A DNA stretch of 64,000 nucleotides from a virus. Its lineage: Duplodnaviria; Heunggongvirae; Uroviricota; Caudoviricetes. Made by a program: the position numbers and the translations under genes. Below are positions 20,303 through 29,826 of the stretch, piece by piece. How positions within the stretch are numbered: the stretch's first letter is position 1; every line of letters begins with the position of its first letter. The DNA lies in IMG/VR virus record IMGVR_UViG_2700989507_000006; one strand, written 5' to 3'. The notes beneath the pieces were generated by a model that worked only from the letters and a program-made list of their open reading frames with translations, did not search any database and was not told the origin of the DNA.

Positions 20303-21778
20303 TTACACCTGTGCGACGTTATACCATGTGCCATTGATGTATTTTTGTATTGGCCTGAATACTGCGGGGTCATCACCATCGACTTCACCGACAATACCAA
20401 GCCCGGTAATTACGTGCCCTGCTTTCTCATACATCACCCCTTTCTGCATAGTCTGGACAACACGTGTGCCAAGTCTGATATCTCTCACATAGCGGGAATC
20501 AAAGTTACCGTAATCCGAGGGATTAACACGCCCCGTAATATTTATGGTCTTATTACTTTGAATGCTTCCGGAAACAAAGCGCATAACATGGACGTTATTA
20601 GCATAAACATCCAGATTACCATCGCCATTTTGTTTAAATCCGGTGTCGTTATCACCAAGAACAATAGAGTTCCCACCCAACGCGTTATTCGTGCCAAGTG
20701 CCAGCCCGCCATCAATCCTGGCACCATTACCAACAGACACAACTCCTGTTCTTAAGTTGATGCCGAATGGCCTTAATGGCCCAATATCTCCATTTTCACC
20801 CTCATTTTCTCGTGTAGGGATGATATACAGGTTTTCTTCAGAACGGCGAAAAATAGCACCAAAAGATGAATTAAATATCCTCAGTGCATTGACTGTAGAT
20901 ATTTTTACTTCACTGCTGAAAAGGGCTTTAACAAGAACATACAGAGCATCCCATTTAAGATTCATCAGATCTTTTGTTGTGGTGCTCTGACGACTTCTCC
21001 ATTTGAAATATTCATTGCCGTTGTCACCTGTTTCAAACCACATGTATGAATCAGTGTCACCATCGGCATCATTTTTAAATCCAATCTTCGCCCAGTCAGT
21101 ATTTCGAATCCAGGCAAGGATTGAGTCGTTTTCAAAAGTAAGTCCGCCGGACAAGATATCGCCTGAACGCTGAACGGCATTATTTGCTTTATTAATGAAT
21201 TCCTGTAGATTTAAATCTTCCGCCGTTAGCTCAATGTTTTTAGAACCATCAAACGAGACACCGTTAATAGTACGTGCTGTCTGCAATTTGGTCGCTGTAG
21301 CCGCATTACCAGAGGTGTCCTGATTCCCTTTGGTATTAACGCCGGGAACGGAATCTTTTGACGTATAGATCTGTGCCCATTCGGACCATGCCGCAGCAGT
21401 GCTATCTCTTTTGGATCGAATGAAAGCTGGTGCATGAGCGCCATTTGTGCCACTCCAGCCAATGAGCAACTCGCCTTCACCAGTGGATGCAGCTCCCTTC
21501 AGGTGAAGTACATTCCCGTAAGTCGTCGGATAACCATTGTTGTATGCCTCATACATCTGCAATCCAGTAGCAGCACCTTGCGTTGTACCGGTAAGCGCAG
21601 TAACGCGTCCTCTAGACGTAATTGTTGGTATCGAAATGTTCGTAGAACCATCGAATCTGACGCCATTAATGTTTATGGCTGTTTTTAATTTCGTCGCGGT
21701 GTCGGCGTTCCCTGTCAGCGCCCCGGTGATCCCGCCGTTGAAAGTCTGGCGTGCACTCCATGTGTTAGCCGTGCTCAA
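20303..21778 (-). CDS. silent alternative tail-fibre C-terminal cassette Sv' (expressed only after inversion)
   Basis: N-terminal about 190 codons are about 97 percent identical to the matching S segment (the inverted repeat); the rest is a different C-terminal domain. The apparent Met start is fortuitous. Confidence 0.7.
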   Translation of the reverse strand: MSTANTWSARQTFNGGITGALTGNADTATKLKTAININGVRFDGSTNISIPTITSRGRVTALTGTTQGAATGLQMYEAYNNGYPTTYGNVLHLKGAASTGEGELLIGWSGTNGAHAPAFIRSKRDSTAAAWSEWAQIYTSKDSVPGVNTKGNQDTSGNAATATKLQTARTINGVSFDGSKNIELTAEDLNLQEFINKANNAVQRSGDILSGGLTFENDSILAWIRNTDWAKIGFKNDADGDTDSYMWFETGDNGNEYFKWRSRQSTTTKDLMNLKWDALYVLVKALFSSEVKISTVNALRIFNSSFGAIFRRSEENLYIIPTRENEGENGDIGPLRPFGINLRTGVVSVGNGARIDGGLALGTNNALGGNSIVLGDNDTGFKQNGDGNLDVYANNVHVMRFVSGSIQSNKTINITGRVNPSDYGNFDSRYVRDIRLGTRVVQTMQKGVMYEKAGHVITGLGIVGEVDGDDPAVFRPIQKYINGTWYNVAQV

Positions 21779-21808
21779 CAGGGGGATCTTTTCACCGCTG
21801 GTACCGAG

Positions 21809-21834
21809 TTCTCTTAAACCAAGGTTTAGGATTG
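21809..21834. other. crossover site cixR (26-bp imperfect palindrome, core AA)
   Basis: ttctcttaaacc-aa-ggtttaggattg; overlaps the invertase stop codon. Confidence 0.6.
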
Positions 21835-22386
21835 AAATGACGACGCCGGAAACTTCTTATAAAGCGTGGAAACAGCCACATCATAGATGATTGCAACCTG
21901 CTTACGGGGGATGCCATTCTCCAGCAATCGCCGCATTTGCTGCCATGTTTCTTCTTGGTATTTAGGCCGACGCCCACCTATACGACCTTCTGCGCGAGCT
22001 GCATCAAGTCCAGCGCGTGTACGTTCAACGATAAGCTCACGTTCCATTTCTGCCAGCGCCCCCATTACGTGAAAGAAAAAGCGCCCCATTGGTGTACTGG
22101 TGTCGATAGAGTCAGTGAGACTCCGGAAATTAATTCCTCTGTCACGCAGCTCTTCCACCAGCACAACCAAGTGACGCATGCTGCGCCCAAGACGATCTAA
22201 CTTCCATACGACCAGGGTGTCACCTCTGGAAAGCATACGCAAAACCTTTTTTAGCCCAGGGCGTTCAGTCTTTTTGCCGCTCGCCTTATCCTCAAAAATT
22301 AGCTCACATCCTGCGCTTTCAAGGGCATTTCGTTGCAAAGCAGTGTTTTGTTCATTTGTTGATACGCGTACATAGCCGATCAGCAT
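21826..22386 (-). CDS. cin: Cin-type DNA invertase (serine recombinase, Gin/Hin/Pin family)
   Basis: 186 aa beginning MLIGYVRVSTNEQNT, with catalytic serine region and C-terminal HTH; adjacent to the invertible segment. Confidence 0.9.
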   Translation of the reverse strand: MLIGYVRVSTNEQNTALQRNALESAGCELIFEDKASGKKTERPGLKKVLRMLSRGDTLVVWKLDRLGRSMRHLVVLVEELRDRGINFRSLTDSIDTSTPMGRFFFHVMGALAEMERELIVERTRAGLDAARAEGRIGGRRPKYQEETWQQMRRLLENGIPRKQVAIIYDVAVSTLYKKFPASSFQS

Positions 22387-22852
22387 GATTTTTACTCTAA
22401 TGCGTTGTTCTTATGAGTCTGCGAATTTTAAAGAACAAAGCGTTATGCACAGAAATAACAATCTGAATAGGTTCCTGCTTGATTTTTGTTAGATCCGGGA
22501 GGAGCTTATGCAGATTTTGATTTTTTTAATGTCCATTATTAGTGGAACCTATTTATTTCTTACTGGAGTTAGGCGTGGAGCTTATAAGCCATGTTTTTTA
22601 CATTGGCTTGAAGCATGGCTGCTTGCCATAAAAGGTGGTTTTGTTGGTTTTTGTCTTGCAGAAGTTCAGTGGGGAAACTCATTTTTGAATGTGGTTGCTT
22701 TTTTGATATGTAGTTGGAATAGCCATTTTGTATTAAGAATAACCAAAATATGGGTTTTTCACTTGATTTACGAATGTATTGGCAAATTATGAACAACCAG
22801 ATGAGAAGTTACTTTGCATACCATTACCTCCTGACAACGTAGGAGGGAACTT

Positions 22853-23182
22853 GTGCTTGACACACAGGAATTAGCTCCAGTTGCTATTGCGCTCCTGCTT
22901 TCAGTAATTGGTGGGATAGGCACGTTCCTGATGGATGTCCGAGACGGTCGCCAGTCTGGCAATTTGTTGGGATTGGTTACGGAGATCTTTGTTGCAGTGA
23001 CAGCTGGCGCGGTGGCGTACCTATTGGGGCAACACGAGGGCTGGGAGTTATCAATTACGTACTTAATGGTAACGATAGCCAGCAATAACGGTCATGAGGT
23101 GATTTCAGGGATGAAACGAGTGAATATCGATAGCATTCTGAATGTTCTTACAAGTTTGGTGAAAAAGGGAGGTGGGAAATGA
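22853..23182 (+). CDS. lydA: holin (LydA-like)
   Basis: 109 aa, GTG start with RBS aggaggga, hydrophobic TM segments and charged C-terminus; heads the darA operon. Confidence 0.6.
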   Translation: MLDTQELAPVAIALLLSVIGGIGTFLMDVRDGRQSGNLLGLVTEIFVAVTAGAVAYLLGQHEGWELSITYLMVTIASNNGHEVISGMKRVNIDSILNVLTSLVKKGGGK

Positions 23183-23622
23183 TTGGCTGGGGTGTATGCG
23201 TTCTTGCGTTAGCCTTAGCCGATCGCTATTTGCTAAAACGCAAGGACATCACGCATTTAGAACTTGGTGATGTGGAAATTAAACCGGGTTTCATCCGGGT
23301 GCCGTTCAAGTACCGGTCTAAATTCCCGTTTTTGCGCGGCGCAACGGTCAGATATTGGATCCGCGATGTTCAGAAGCCGACGACAGTGATTGAAGGTGAA
23401 CAACGTTGTCTGACGTCGGCTGAACAGGGCGAAAACAGTGAATGGTTGTACATACCCACTGAATATATGGGTAAAGGAGAGCGACTGTGGCATTTCAACG
23501 TCATGGTTACGCATGGCGACTCGTTCATTAACCCGTTGTATCGGATTTTCCCTGTTACTCAGCAAATCCGCAGAAGTTACGTAATAAATCTCGCACAGGA
23601 TGTGTCAGATGACGAAAAATAA
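23179..23622 (+). CDS. lydB: antiholin (LydB-like)
   Basis: 147-aa ORF overlapping the holin stop by 4 bp; assignment by position. Confidence 0.5.
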   Translation: MIGWGVCVLALALADRYLLKRKDITHLELGDVEIKPGFIRVPFKYRSKFPFLRGATVRYWIRDVQKPTTVIEGEQRCLTSAEQGENSEWLYIPTEYMGKGERLWHFNVMVTHGDSFINPLYRIFPVTQQIRRSYVINLAQDVSDDEK

Positions 23623-24211
23623 GTATGCAACGGTCGATTTTGACCAGGTTAATGAAAAGGGGCTGAAATCCCTTATCGCGGCGATCAATAAAACCGGTGT
23701 TACGGTAATTGAGGTTGACTCCAGCAACCGCGCAACAACGAAAGATGGCGTTAAAGTTAAAACCGCAAAGCTGGTTCTTAACGACGGACAAATTCTTGCC
23801 ATACAGGTAAACGATACTGGCGATATATCGTCTGTGAAACTGAATGGAAAAGCTATTCCTAACGCTCAGTCGCCGGATATCAAGACGCTTGGTACCGTCA
23901 TGGGACAGGCGGCCCGCAAAAACTCCGCAAAATTCCAGAAATCACTGATCGCCAAAGCGAAGCGTGTTGCCAATCCGGTAGACAAGAAACCGGCAGTTAA
24001 ATCCAACTTTCAGCGCCTGCAAGAAGCAAAACAGCGGAATGCTCAGGTGGTTGCCGCTTATAAGTCCGCGCAGAATTCGGTGTCTTTCAATCAACAGCAG
24101 ATCACTGATTTGCGGGCGAAGCTGGATAAGGAGACGGGCCGACTCAATAACGAAAAGGCACGGAATGGCGAACTCAAACGTCGTCTTAAGCAACTGAAAG
24201 CAGGAAATTAA
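23609..24211 (+). CDS. Hdf-like protein (shares a segment with DarA)
   Basis: About 200 aa, Lys-rich; shares the KNSAKFQ-containing segment with the next, larger gene. Confidence 0.5.
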   Translation: MTKNKYATVDFDQVNEKGLKSLIAAINKTGVTVIEVDSSNRATTKDGVKVKTAKLVLNDGQILAIQVNDTGDISSVKLNGKAIPNAQSPDIKTLGTVMGQAARKNSAKFQKSLIAKAKRVANPVDKKPAVKSNFQRLQEAKQRNAQVVAAYKSAQNSVSFNQQQITDLRAKLDKETGRLNNEKARNGELKRRLKQLKAGN

Positions 24212-24212
24212 C

Positions 24213-26132
24213 ATGGAACAGTTCAATATCAATAAAGGGGTGACGATCAAGCCTGGGCTTGACGTGCTTCCCCCGCCAGTGACTGATGATGAATATCGCG
24301 CATTAATGGCCGGTGAGGACCGCTATCTGATGACGGAATCCAACACCCTGGAGGAAATCGAGGCTACGTTCTTCTATGACACGCCGATCCACTGGTGTGC
24401 TACGGATTTATTGGAGGCGATTAGTTCTACTCGTTTGCAGTTACACCGGACCATGCAGGCATTTGTCCGGGCATTGAACCAGAAGCTGAATGGTACCGGA
24501 ATCTCTGCGGGGAGTGATAAAACGGGGGATGTGGCCCAGAGCGGCGCGCGCGCGATCGGCGGCGCTGAAATTGGCCGGGCACGTAACGTTAACGGGCTGC
24601 CAGTCCTGCCAGCCATTATTCCGCTCAGTGATGGTCAGACTATCAGTATTCTGTTTCATAGCCCGACAGCGGAAAACCGGATCACCAATAGCGATACGCT
24701 GGTTGCTTTCCAGTTCTTACTGAATAAAAAAGACGTTACTCACACCGTTGCTCCGATGAGTGGACGTGATATGACGCTGGCGCAGGTCACCATGAAACTT
24801 GCCAACCTTGCAGAGAAAAACTCGGCAAAATTCCAGCGTGCGCAGAAGAAGAAAAAAGCCCTTGTTGATGAAATAACCCAACTACAGGCTGACAGTGACC
24901 AGAAAGAGGATGCCATGAGCGACCTCGCGGATCAGGTGGCAGCGGTAGAAGGGCAGAAGGCAGATCTGGAGCAGAAAATTAACGCTGTTGCATCGGAAGC
25001 GGATTCTCTTTATGAAGAGAATGAGCGTTTGCAGACGGAGATTGATCAGCTCAATCGCACTGGTGGGCGCGATACCATTGCTCCAGCGGGGATGACTGGT
25101 GGGCACTCTCGCGCGCTGACGGATCGCCTTGCCAGTATCAAAAATCGTATGCATATGGACGGGGAAGTGACGCTCAGTAATGGTGCATCAATGAAGCAAT
25201 TCATTGGGGGCGGCGAAGGGTATATCCAGTTAACCGATCCGGATGGCAGCGTATACATGATCAAGGCTAAATCCATACAGGGTGTGGACATGGCAGATGC
25301 GATCGGCAAGCTGTTTAAAGCCTATAAAGCGGGTAATGTATCGGAATACCTGGTCCAACCAGAAGAACATAAACCGGAAAACGTCGAACCTGAACCAGCG
25401 GAGGATACCGGTAGCTCTTCGCCTGAACCAGAAGTCTCTGTAGGTGCATATCGATATGCCCTGCAAATGCGTCCGGCGGCCCCTGGCGCAATACCTGAAG
25501 GTAACAAAGCAATTCTGCCGCGCCCTGATGAAGGTGACCCGTATTATGAATATGCACGCTACGGCATTGCTACTTACGATACCCCGCTTTCTGATCAGCA
25601 AATGAGTGAGTACGACCTGAAGTTATTGCCTCGCGAGGATTCTTTCGACTTCCTGGCGAAGACACTTACTAATGGTCCGTTTGGCAAATATGCACAAAAA
25701 GCTCTGGAGCTGGCCACCAGCTCACCAGACGAGTTCCGCGTAATGCTGAAAACTCAGTTTCAAAAAACTTTCCCCAATATTGCGTTTCCTGGGGGCGCTG
25801 GCACCGAGAAAATGGTGCAGAGCATGATCAATGCATTGCAGGCCGAAGTCGGTGAGATTACTCAGCCAGAACCGGCCCCGGCACAGCCTGATGAAACGGT
25901 TAGCGAAGCAGATGCAGAGGCTAATAAAGCCATTGAATATCTCAATAACGTGATGGATATACAAAGCACTGACATGGCGGAGATCCGTAACGCCCGGGGC
26001 AATGTCCGGGAAGCGATTGCAGCCCTTCAGGCTGCCGGACGTTTTGAGGAAAACGAAGAGCTGGTTAACGGCGCAGCTCGCCACCTGGCTGATCTGCTGG
26101 TAGCAATCCAGAAAGCGGGGGTAGCGGCATGA
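24213..26132 (+). CDS. darA: DarA-like antirestriction/capsid protein
   Basis: 639 aa; position and size match P1 DarA within the lydAB-hdf-darA-ddrA-ddrB operon. Confidence 0.55.
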   Translation: MEQFNINKGVTIKPGLDVLPPPVTDDEYRALMAGEDRYLMTESNTLEEIEATFFYDTPIHWCATDLLEAISSTRLQLHRTMQAFVRALNQKLNGTGISAGSDKTGDVAQSGARAIGGAEIGRARNVNGLPVLPAIIPLSDGQTISILFHSPTAENRITNSDTLVAFQFLLNKKDVTHTVAPMSGRDMTLAQVTMKLANLAEKNSAKFQRAQKKKKALVDEITQLQADSDQKEDAMSDLADQVAAVEGQKADLEQKINAVASEADSLYEENERLQTEIDQLNRTGGRDTIAPAGMTGGHSRALTDRLASIKNRMHMDGEVTLSNGASMKQFIGGGEGYIQLTDPDGSVYMIKAKSIQGVDMADAIGKLFKAYKAGNVSEYLVQPEEHKPENVEPEPAEDTGSSSPEPEVSVGAYRYALQMRPAAPGAIPEGNKAILPRPDEGDPYYEYARYGIATYDTPLSDQQMSEYDLKLLPREDSFDFLAKTLTNGPFGKYAQKALELATSSPDEFRVMLKTQFQKTFPNIAFPGGAGTEKMVQSMINALQAEVGEITQPEPAPAQPDETVSEADAEANKAIEYLNNVMDIQSTDMAEIRNARGNVREAIAALQAAGRFEENEELVNGAARHLADLLVAIQKAGVAA

Positions 26133-26494
26133 CACTATCAGCTATTGAGTTAATGGACCTCAGCGACAAGTTGGATTCTCTGATGTCCAAAGCTGCTACC
26201 GCGAGTGGCATGGAGTTGTTGGATATCAGCGATGAAATTGACCAGATCATGCAACAGATGGGGTACGGCGCGTCCGGCGGCGGTAGTGGTGAGGAAAAAC
26301 AACCTTCGGTACATGATGGTGTGCCAAAACTGGTTGCTGATTTCCTGGCTGATAAATTCGTCGATCAGAGCACCGATGCATTTATCGGTACGTTGCAGGA
26401 CTTGAGTCAATATGTTGGCACATACATCGATCTGGACCAGGTTAAACAACACACGGCGGCATGGATAGCCGCCAACATTAAAGAGGCAGCATAA
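26129..26494 (+). CDS. DdrA-like protein
   Basis: 121-aa acidic ORF overlapping the DarA stop by 4 bp. Confidence 0.45.
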   Translation: MTLSAIELMDLSDKLDSLMSKAATASGMELLDISDEIDQIMQQMGYGASGGGSGEEKQPSVHDGVPKLVADFLADKFVDQSTDAFIGTLQDLSQYVGTYIDLDQVKQHTAAWIAANIKEAA

Positions 26495-26506
26495 GGCGTA
26501 ACAGGG

Positions 26507-29494
26507 ATGAGCTTAAGCGATCAGGTGGTGATGGCCACCAGCATAGAAACGCTGATCGAGCTGCTAAAAAACCTGCCCGATTACGGGCGGGTTTCGTATG
26601 TGGTGACAGCGAAGGGAGACGAGGTAAAAACAGCGTTTGATATCGTCGATGCCTCAACTCTTTTGGTATCCAATACTCTGGACGGGAAAATTAATCCGGA
26701 CTATCCCCAGGAACTTCAGCCGCGCGACCGGACCCGCGCATCCAGCCTTCTTCAGGTTAACCAGATATCCAAGGATTTGCGGCCTGCTCAGCTTACCGAT
26801 TCCGGTCTATCCAGCCATGGCGCGCCGATAATTGGTGAGGACAATGCCGTTGAGTCAGGTAATGGACGGACCATGGGGATCATTAAAGCCTATCAGGACG
26901 GCAATGCGGATCGGTATCGGGAGTACCTGATTGAACATGCGAGCGAATTCGGCATACGTCCTGAAAAGGTTGAATCAATGACGGCTCCGGTACTGGTGCG
27001 CCGCCGGTTAACTAAGGTTGACCGCGTTCAGTTTGCCAAAGACTCAAATATTTCTGATCTTCAGGAAATGGCAGCCAGTGAAAAGGCTTTTGTTGATGCC
27101 GACAGCATAACACCGGCGATGATGGCGCTGTTTAATCCGTCAGAAAGCGGAGATCTGCTTAGCCGCAGTAATGACGCGTTTATTCGCGGATTCATGACGC
27201 AAGTTGGTGCCACACAGGCTGCTGGCCTTGTAACGGAAGATGGGCGACCAACGCGGCAACTTGTTGACCGTATACAAAACGCGATCTTTGCCAAGGCATA
27301 TAAGGATGCGCGCCTGGTAAGGATGGTTGCAGAAGAACCTGATCCGGATATGCGTAATGTTCTGACGGCGCTTAATGCGGCGGCCAATGATTTTGTACAG
27401 ATGCAGGCTTTATCAGGAGAAGCGCACAAGCAGGCTGTGACAACTATCGTTGATGGTATTGAAACAGCGGATAGCCTCGATAAAAAGGCGCTGGCGGCAT
27501 TGAAAGATGCGGTAGACCTGGTAAGGCAATCGAAGGAGTCAGGCCAACATATTACCGATGTTATTGCTCAGGGGGATATGTTCAGCGAAACGGCCCCGGA
27601 AGTGAAAGCACTCGCGTTGTTTATCGTCGCGAATAACCGTAGCGCGAAGCGTATGGCCACCGCCTTTAAGTTGATGGCGCAACGTATCAATGATGAGTTA
27701 CAGCACCAGGGCCAGGCGCTCGGGGATATGTTTGGCGGCGGTGATGTGTCGTTACAGGATATCCTTCGCCAGGTGTCTCAGGAACTGGAAAACGAAGGCA
27801 TGCAAGGGATATCCGGCGGTCTTTTCGAGTCCGTTTCCGGCGGTAGTTACAACGGCGTTGCTCCATATACCAGTTTGCTATTACATCGGGCATCCGGCAC
27901 CAAAGACATTATTCATCTGATCAGGCTGCTTTCCCGTACAGATCCCCAGGATGAACAGCTTGTTCAAGTGCTTGCGCATTTTGTTCGAATGCCTGTTGCC
28001 GACGTGAAAAAATGGTGCCGATTATTCGGTATCAGCAATTCGTTACTTCGCGGCTTGTTAAATCACGCATCCTCCCTTGGGCGCGATGGCTTTGACGAGA
28101 TAGCGCAGGCGATAAAAAACGGAGATATGCCACCAGCTATTGACTGGTTTTCCATTCGCCCAACCAGGGTGAAAGCATTCCTTAGCGCGGCGCAATCAGC
28201 ATCACCATTGGCAGAAATGGTTCAGAGGTTATCGCTCATATTCACAGACCATACCGCGTTGGGTGATCTGACTCTGGACGAGATGAAGGAAGCCTCCATT
28301 CAGTGGGCCGATCAACAAAATGAGGTTAACTCAGACTTCTTGCCAGCATTCAGGAAGGCCGTTAGTAAAGCGGATGATGCCCGTGGAATTCTGAAGGCAT
28401 TTAAGGCATTGCAAAGTCGTGTTAATAAACATGTCGGTGATATCGATGGGGTAACGGCGGAAGGCCGGGATATCCTTAAAGAGCACGGCATAACGCCAGA
28501 GTTTATTGATGAGATCAGGACTGATATGCAGCGTGAGGTCGTATCGTCCCTGCAAATCGTAGCCAGAGCGTTGGCGGATGCTAATCCGAAGAGTGCGGCC
28601 ATTGTTAACCGTGTTATTGGTGATATTGAAGCATCGGAGGGCATGGGGGCGCTGAAACTCTTCCTTTCGCGAGCGTTTAATCCTAACGGCAATATTCTCC
28701 CCAGCATTATTGGTGAGGCTAAAAAGCATGTCAGTGAAGAAGAACTTGAGCTGCTTAACCAGCTACTCAATCGATTTTCATATATCCCGCAGAAACGCTG
28801 GCAAATGAATCAGCGAAGTATGGATTCGGTCTACGAGAAAGTGTTATCTGCCATGAACAGTGCGATCGCCAACTCATCTGTATCAGAAGAAAAAGCTCTT
28901 GAGTGGGCCGACTCTTTTATCACGGAAGAAGTGGAAGAAGCCCGCGCTGGACAGAATGGTGGAATAGACTTGCGCAAGGAACTTGCTGATATTTATCGCC
29001 TGACCGGCGGGAAAATATCAACCTTATCAAGGGTAATTCACCACAAGGGTAGGGCGTATGCAAATCTTAATGGTGTTGTTGCTGTCGATTTGCACGATGA
29101 AAATGCAAATGCACTGTGGCACGAGCTGGGTCATCATCTTGAGTACAGTAACCCGGGGTTGTTAGAGAAAGCCAGGTCATTCCTGAAGGCCAATGTTGAA
29201 GGGGATAAGCCATCTTTCGTTAATATCGGTGGGCGTGGCAAGCCTGAATGGTGCTTCAGATCTCGATTGAGTGATATTTATATGGCGAAGGTATACCCGC
29301 CAGCCTCAGTAAGTAACACCGGGAAAATTCGGCAGAAATCACCGACTATTTCCAAAACGTCAGCAACGGAAGTATTCTCTATGGCTCTTCAGTTGTATCA
29401 TGACAAAGAGGCCGCTGCCGCATCACTGATGAATGGTGACGGATTGCTGGAACTGTTATTAGGTGTGGCAAAGGAGCTAAATAATGCAGATTAA
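26507..29494 (+). CDS. DdrB-like large protein of the darA operon
   Basis: 995-aa ORF; assignment by position and size. Confidence 0.5.
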   Translation: MSLSDQVVMATSIETLIELLKNLPDYGRVSYVVTAKGDEVKTAFDIVDASTLLVSNTLDGKINPDYPQELQPRDRTRASSLLQVNQISKDLRPAQLTDSGLSSHGAPIIGEDNAVESGNGRTMGIIKAYQDGNADRYREYLIEHASEFGIRPEKVESMTAPVLVRRRLTKVDRVQFAKDSNISDLQEMAASEKAFVDADSITPAMMALFNPSESGDLLSRSNDAFIRGFMTQVGATQAAGLVTEDGRPTRQLVDRIQNAIFAKAYKDARLVRMVAEEPDPDMRNVLTALNAAANDFVQMQALSGEAHKQAVTTIVDGIETADSLDKKALAALKDAVDLVRQSKESGQHITDVIAQGDMFSETAPEVKALALFIVANNRSAKRMATAFKLMAQRINDELQHQGQALGDMFGGGDVSLQDILRQVSQELENEGMQGISGGLFESVSGGSYNGVAPYTSLLLHRASGTKDIIHLIRLLSRTDPQDEQLVQVLAHFVRMPVADVKKWCRLFGISNSLLRGLLNHASSLGRDGFDEIAQAIKNGDMPPAIDWFSIRPTRVKAFLSAAQSASPLAEMVQRLSLIFTDHTALGDLTLDEMKEASIQWADQQNEVNSDFLPAFRKAVSKADDARGILKAFKALQSRVNKHVGDIDGVTAEGRDILKEHGITPEFIDEIRTDMQREVVSSLQIVARALADANPKSAAIVNRVIGDIEASEGMGALKLFLSRAFNPNGNILPSIIGEAKKHVSEEELELLNQLLNRFSYIPQKRWQMNQRSMDSVYEKVLSAMNSAIANSSVSEEKALEWADSFITEEVEEARAGQNGGIDLRKELADIYRLTGGKISTLSRVIHHKGRAYANLNGVVAVDLHDENANALWHELGHHLEYSNPGLLEKARSFLKANVEGDKPSFVNIGGRGKPEWCFRSRLSDIYMAKVYPPASVSNTGKIRQKSPTISKTSATEVFSMALQLYHDKEAAAASLMNGDGLLELLLGVAKELNNAD

Positions 29495-29795
29495 AATCGC
29501 AGCGCCATTAGGCGGAGATGCCATTATCGAATTTGATGATAATGAAGAAGTTTCCGGGCGTTTAAGCATTATCTCCGGTGACATTACCGAGGACATGATC
29601 GCTGAAGCCATAGTTGGGGCAAATCCCAATAGCTATATGGGATTCGTTAATACCCTTGATGCTCCCGCAAGTGATGTTCTCCGAACGCTGCATCTTTACG
29701 CTGGCTGGTTTGTTGATTGGCCAGCAGTAGATGGTGGTGATGAGGACGACGACGACGATGATTTTGGTGATCATGTAGACCAGATCGTATATTGA
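29484..29795 (+). CDS. highly acidic small protein (possible DNA mimic)
   Basis: 103 aa, Asp/Glu-rich with a DDDDDD run; overlaps the upstream stop by 11 bp. Confidence 0.5.
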   Translation: MQIKIAAPLGGDAIIEFDDNEEVSGRLSIISGDITEDMIAEAIVGANPNSYMGFVNTLDAPASDVLRTLHLYAGWFVDWPAVDGGDEDDDDDDFGDHVDQIVY

Positions 29796-29826
29796 AGAAA
29801 TCCCGCCAATCGGCGGGATTTTTACC

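Larger units (their letters stand above)
17613..21834. mobile_element. invertible C-segment (Cin-dependent DNA inversion switch for tail-fibre specificity)
   Basis: About 4.2 kb bounded by inverted crossover sites and about 0.62-kb inverted repeats (17627-18242 and 21214-21822); contains S variable part, U, U' and the silent Sv' cassette; invertase gene adjacent. Confidence 0.8.

Noticed and set aside
22508-22792. 94-aa + strand ORF after cin
   Set aside because: Phe/Trp/Cys-rich translation in an AT-rich spacer with no RBS; more likely non-coding promoter region.
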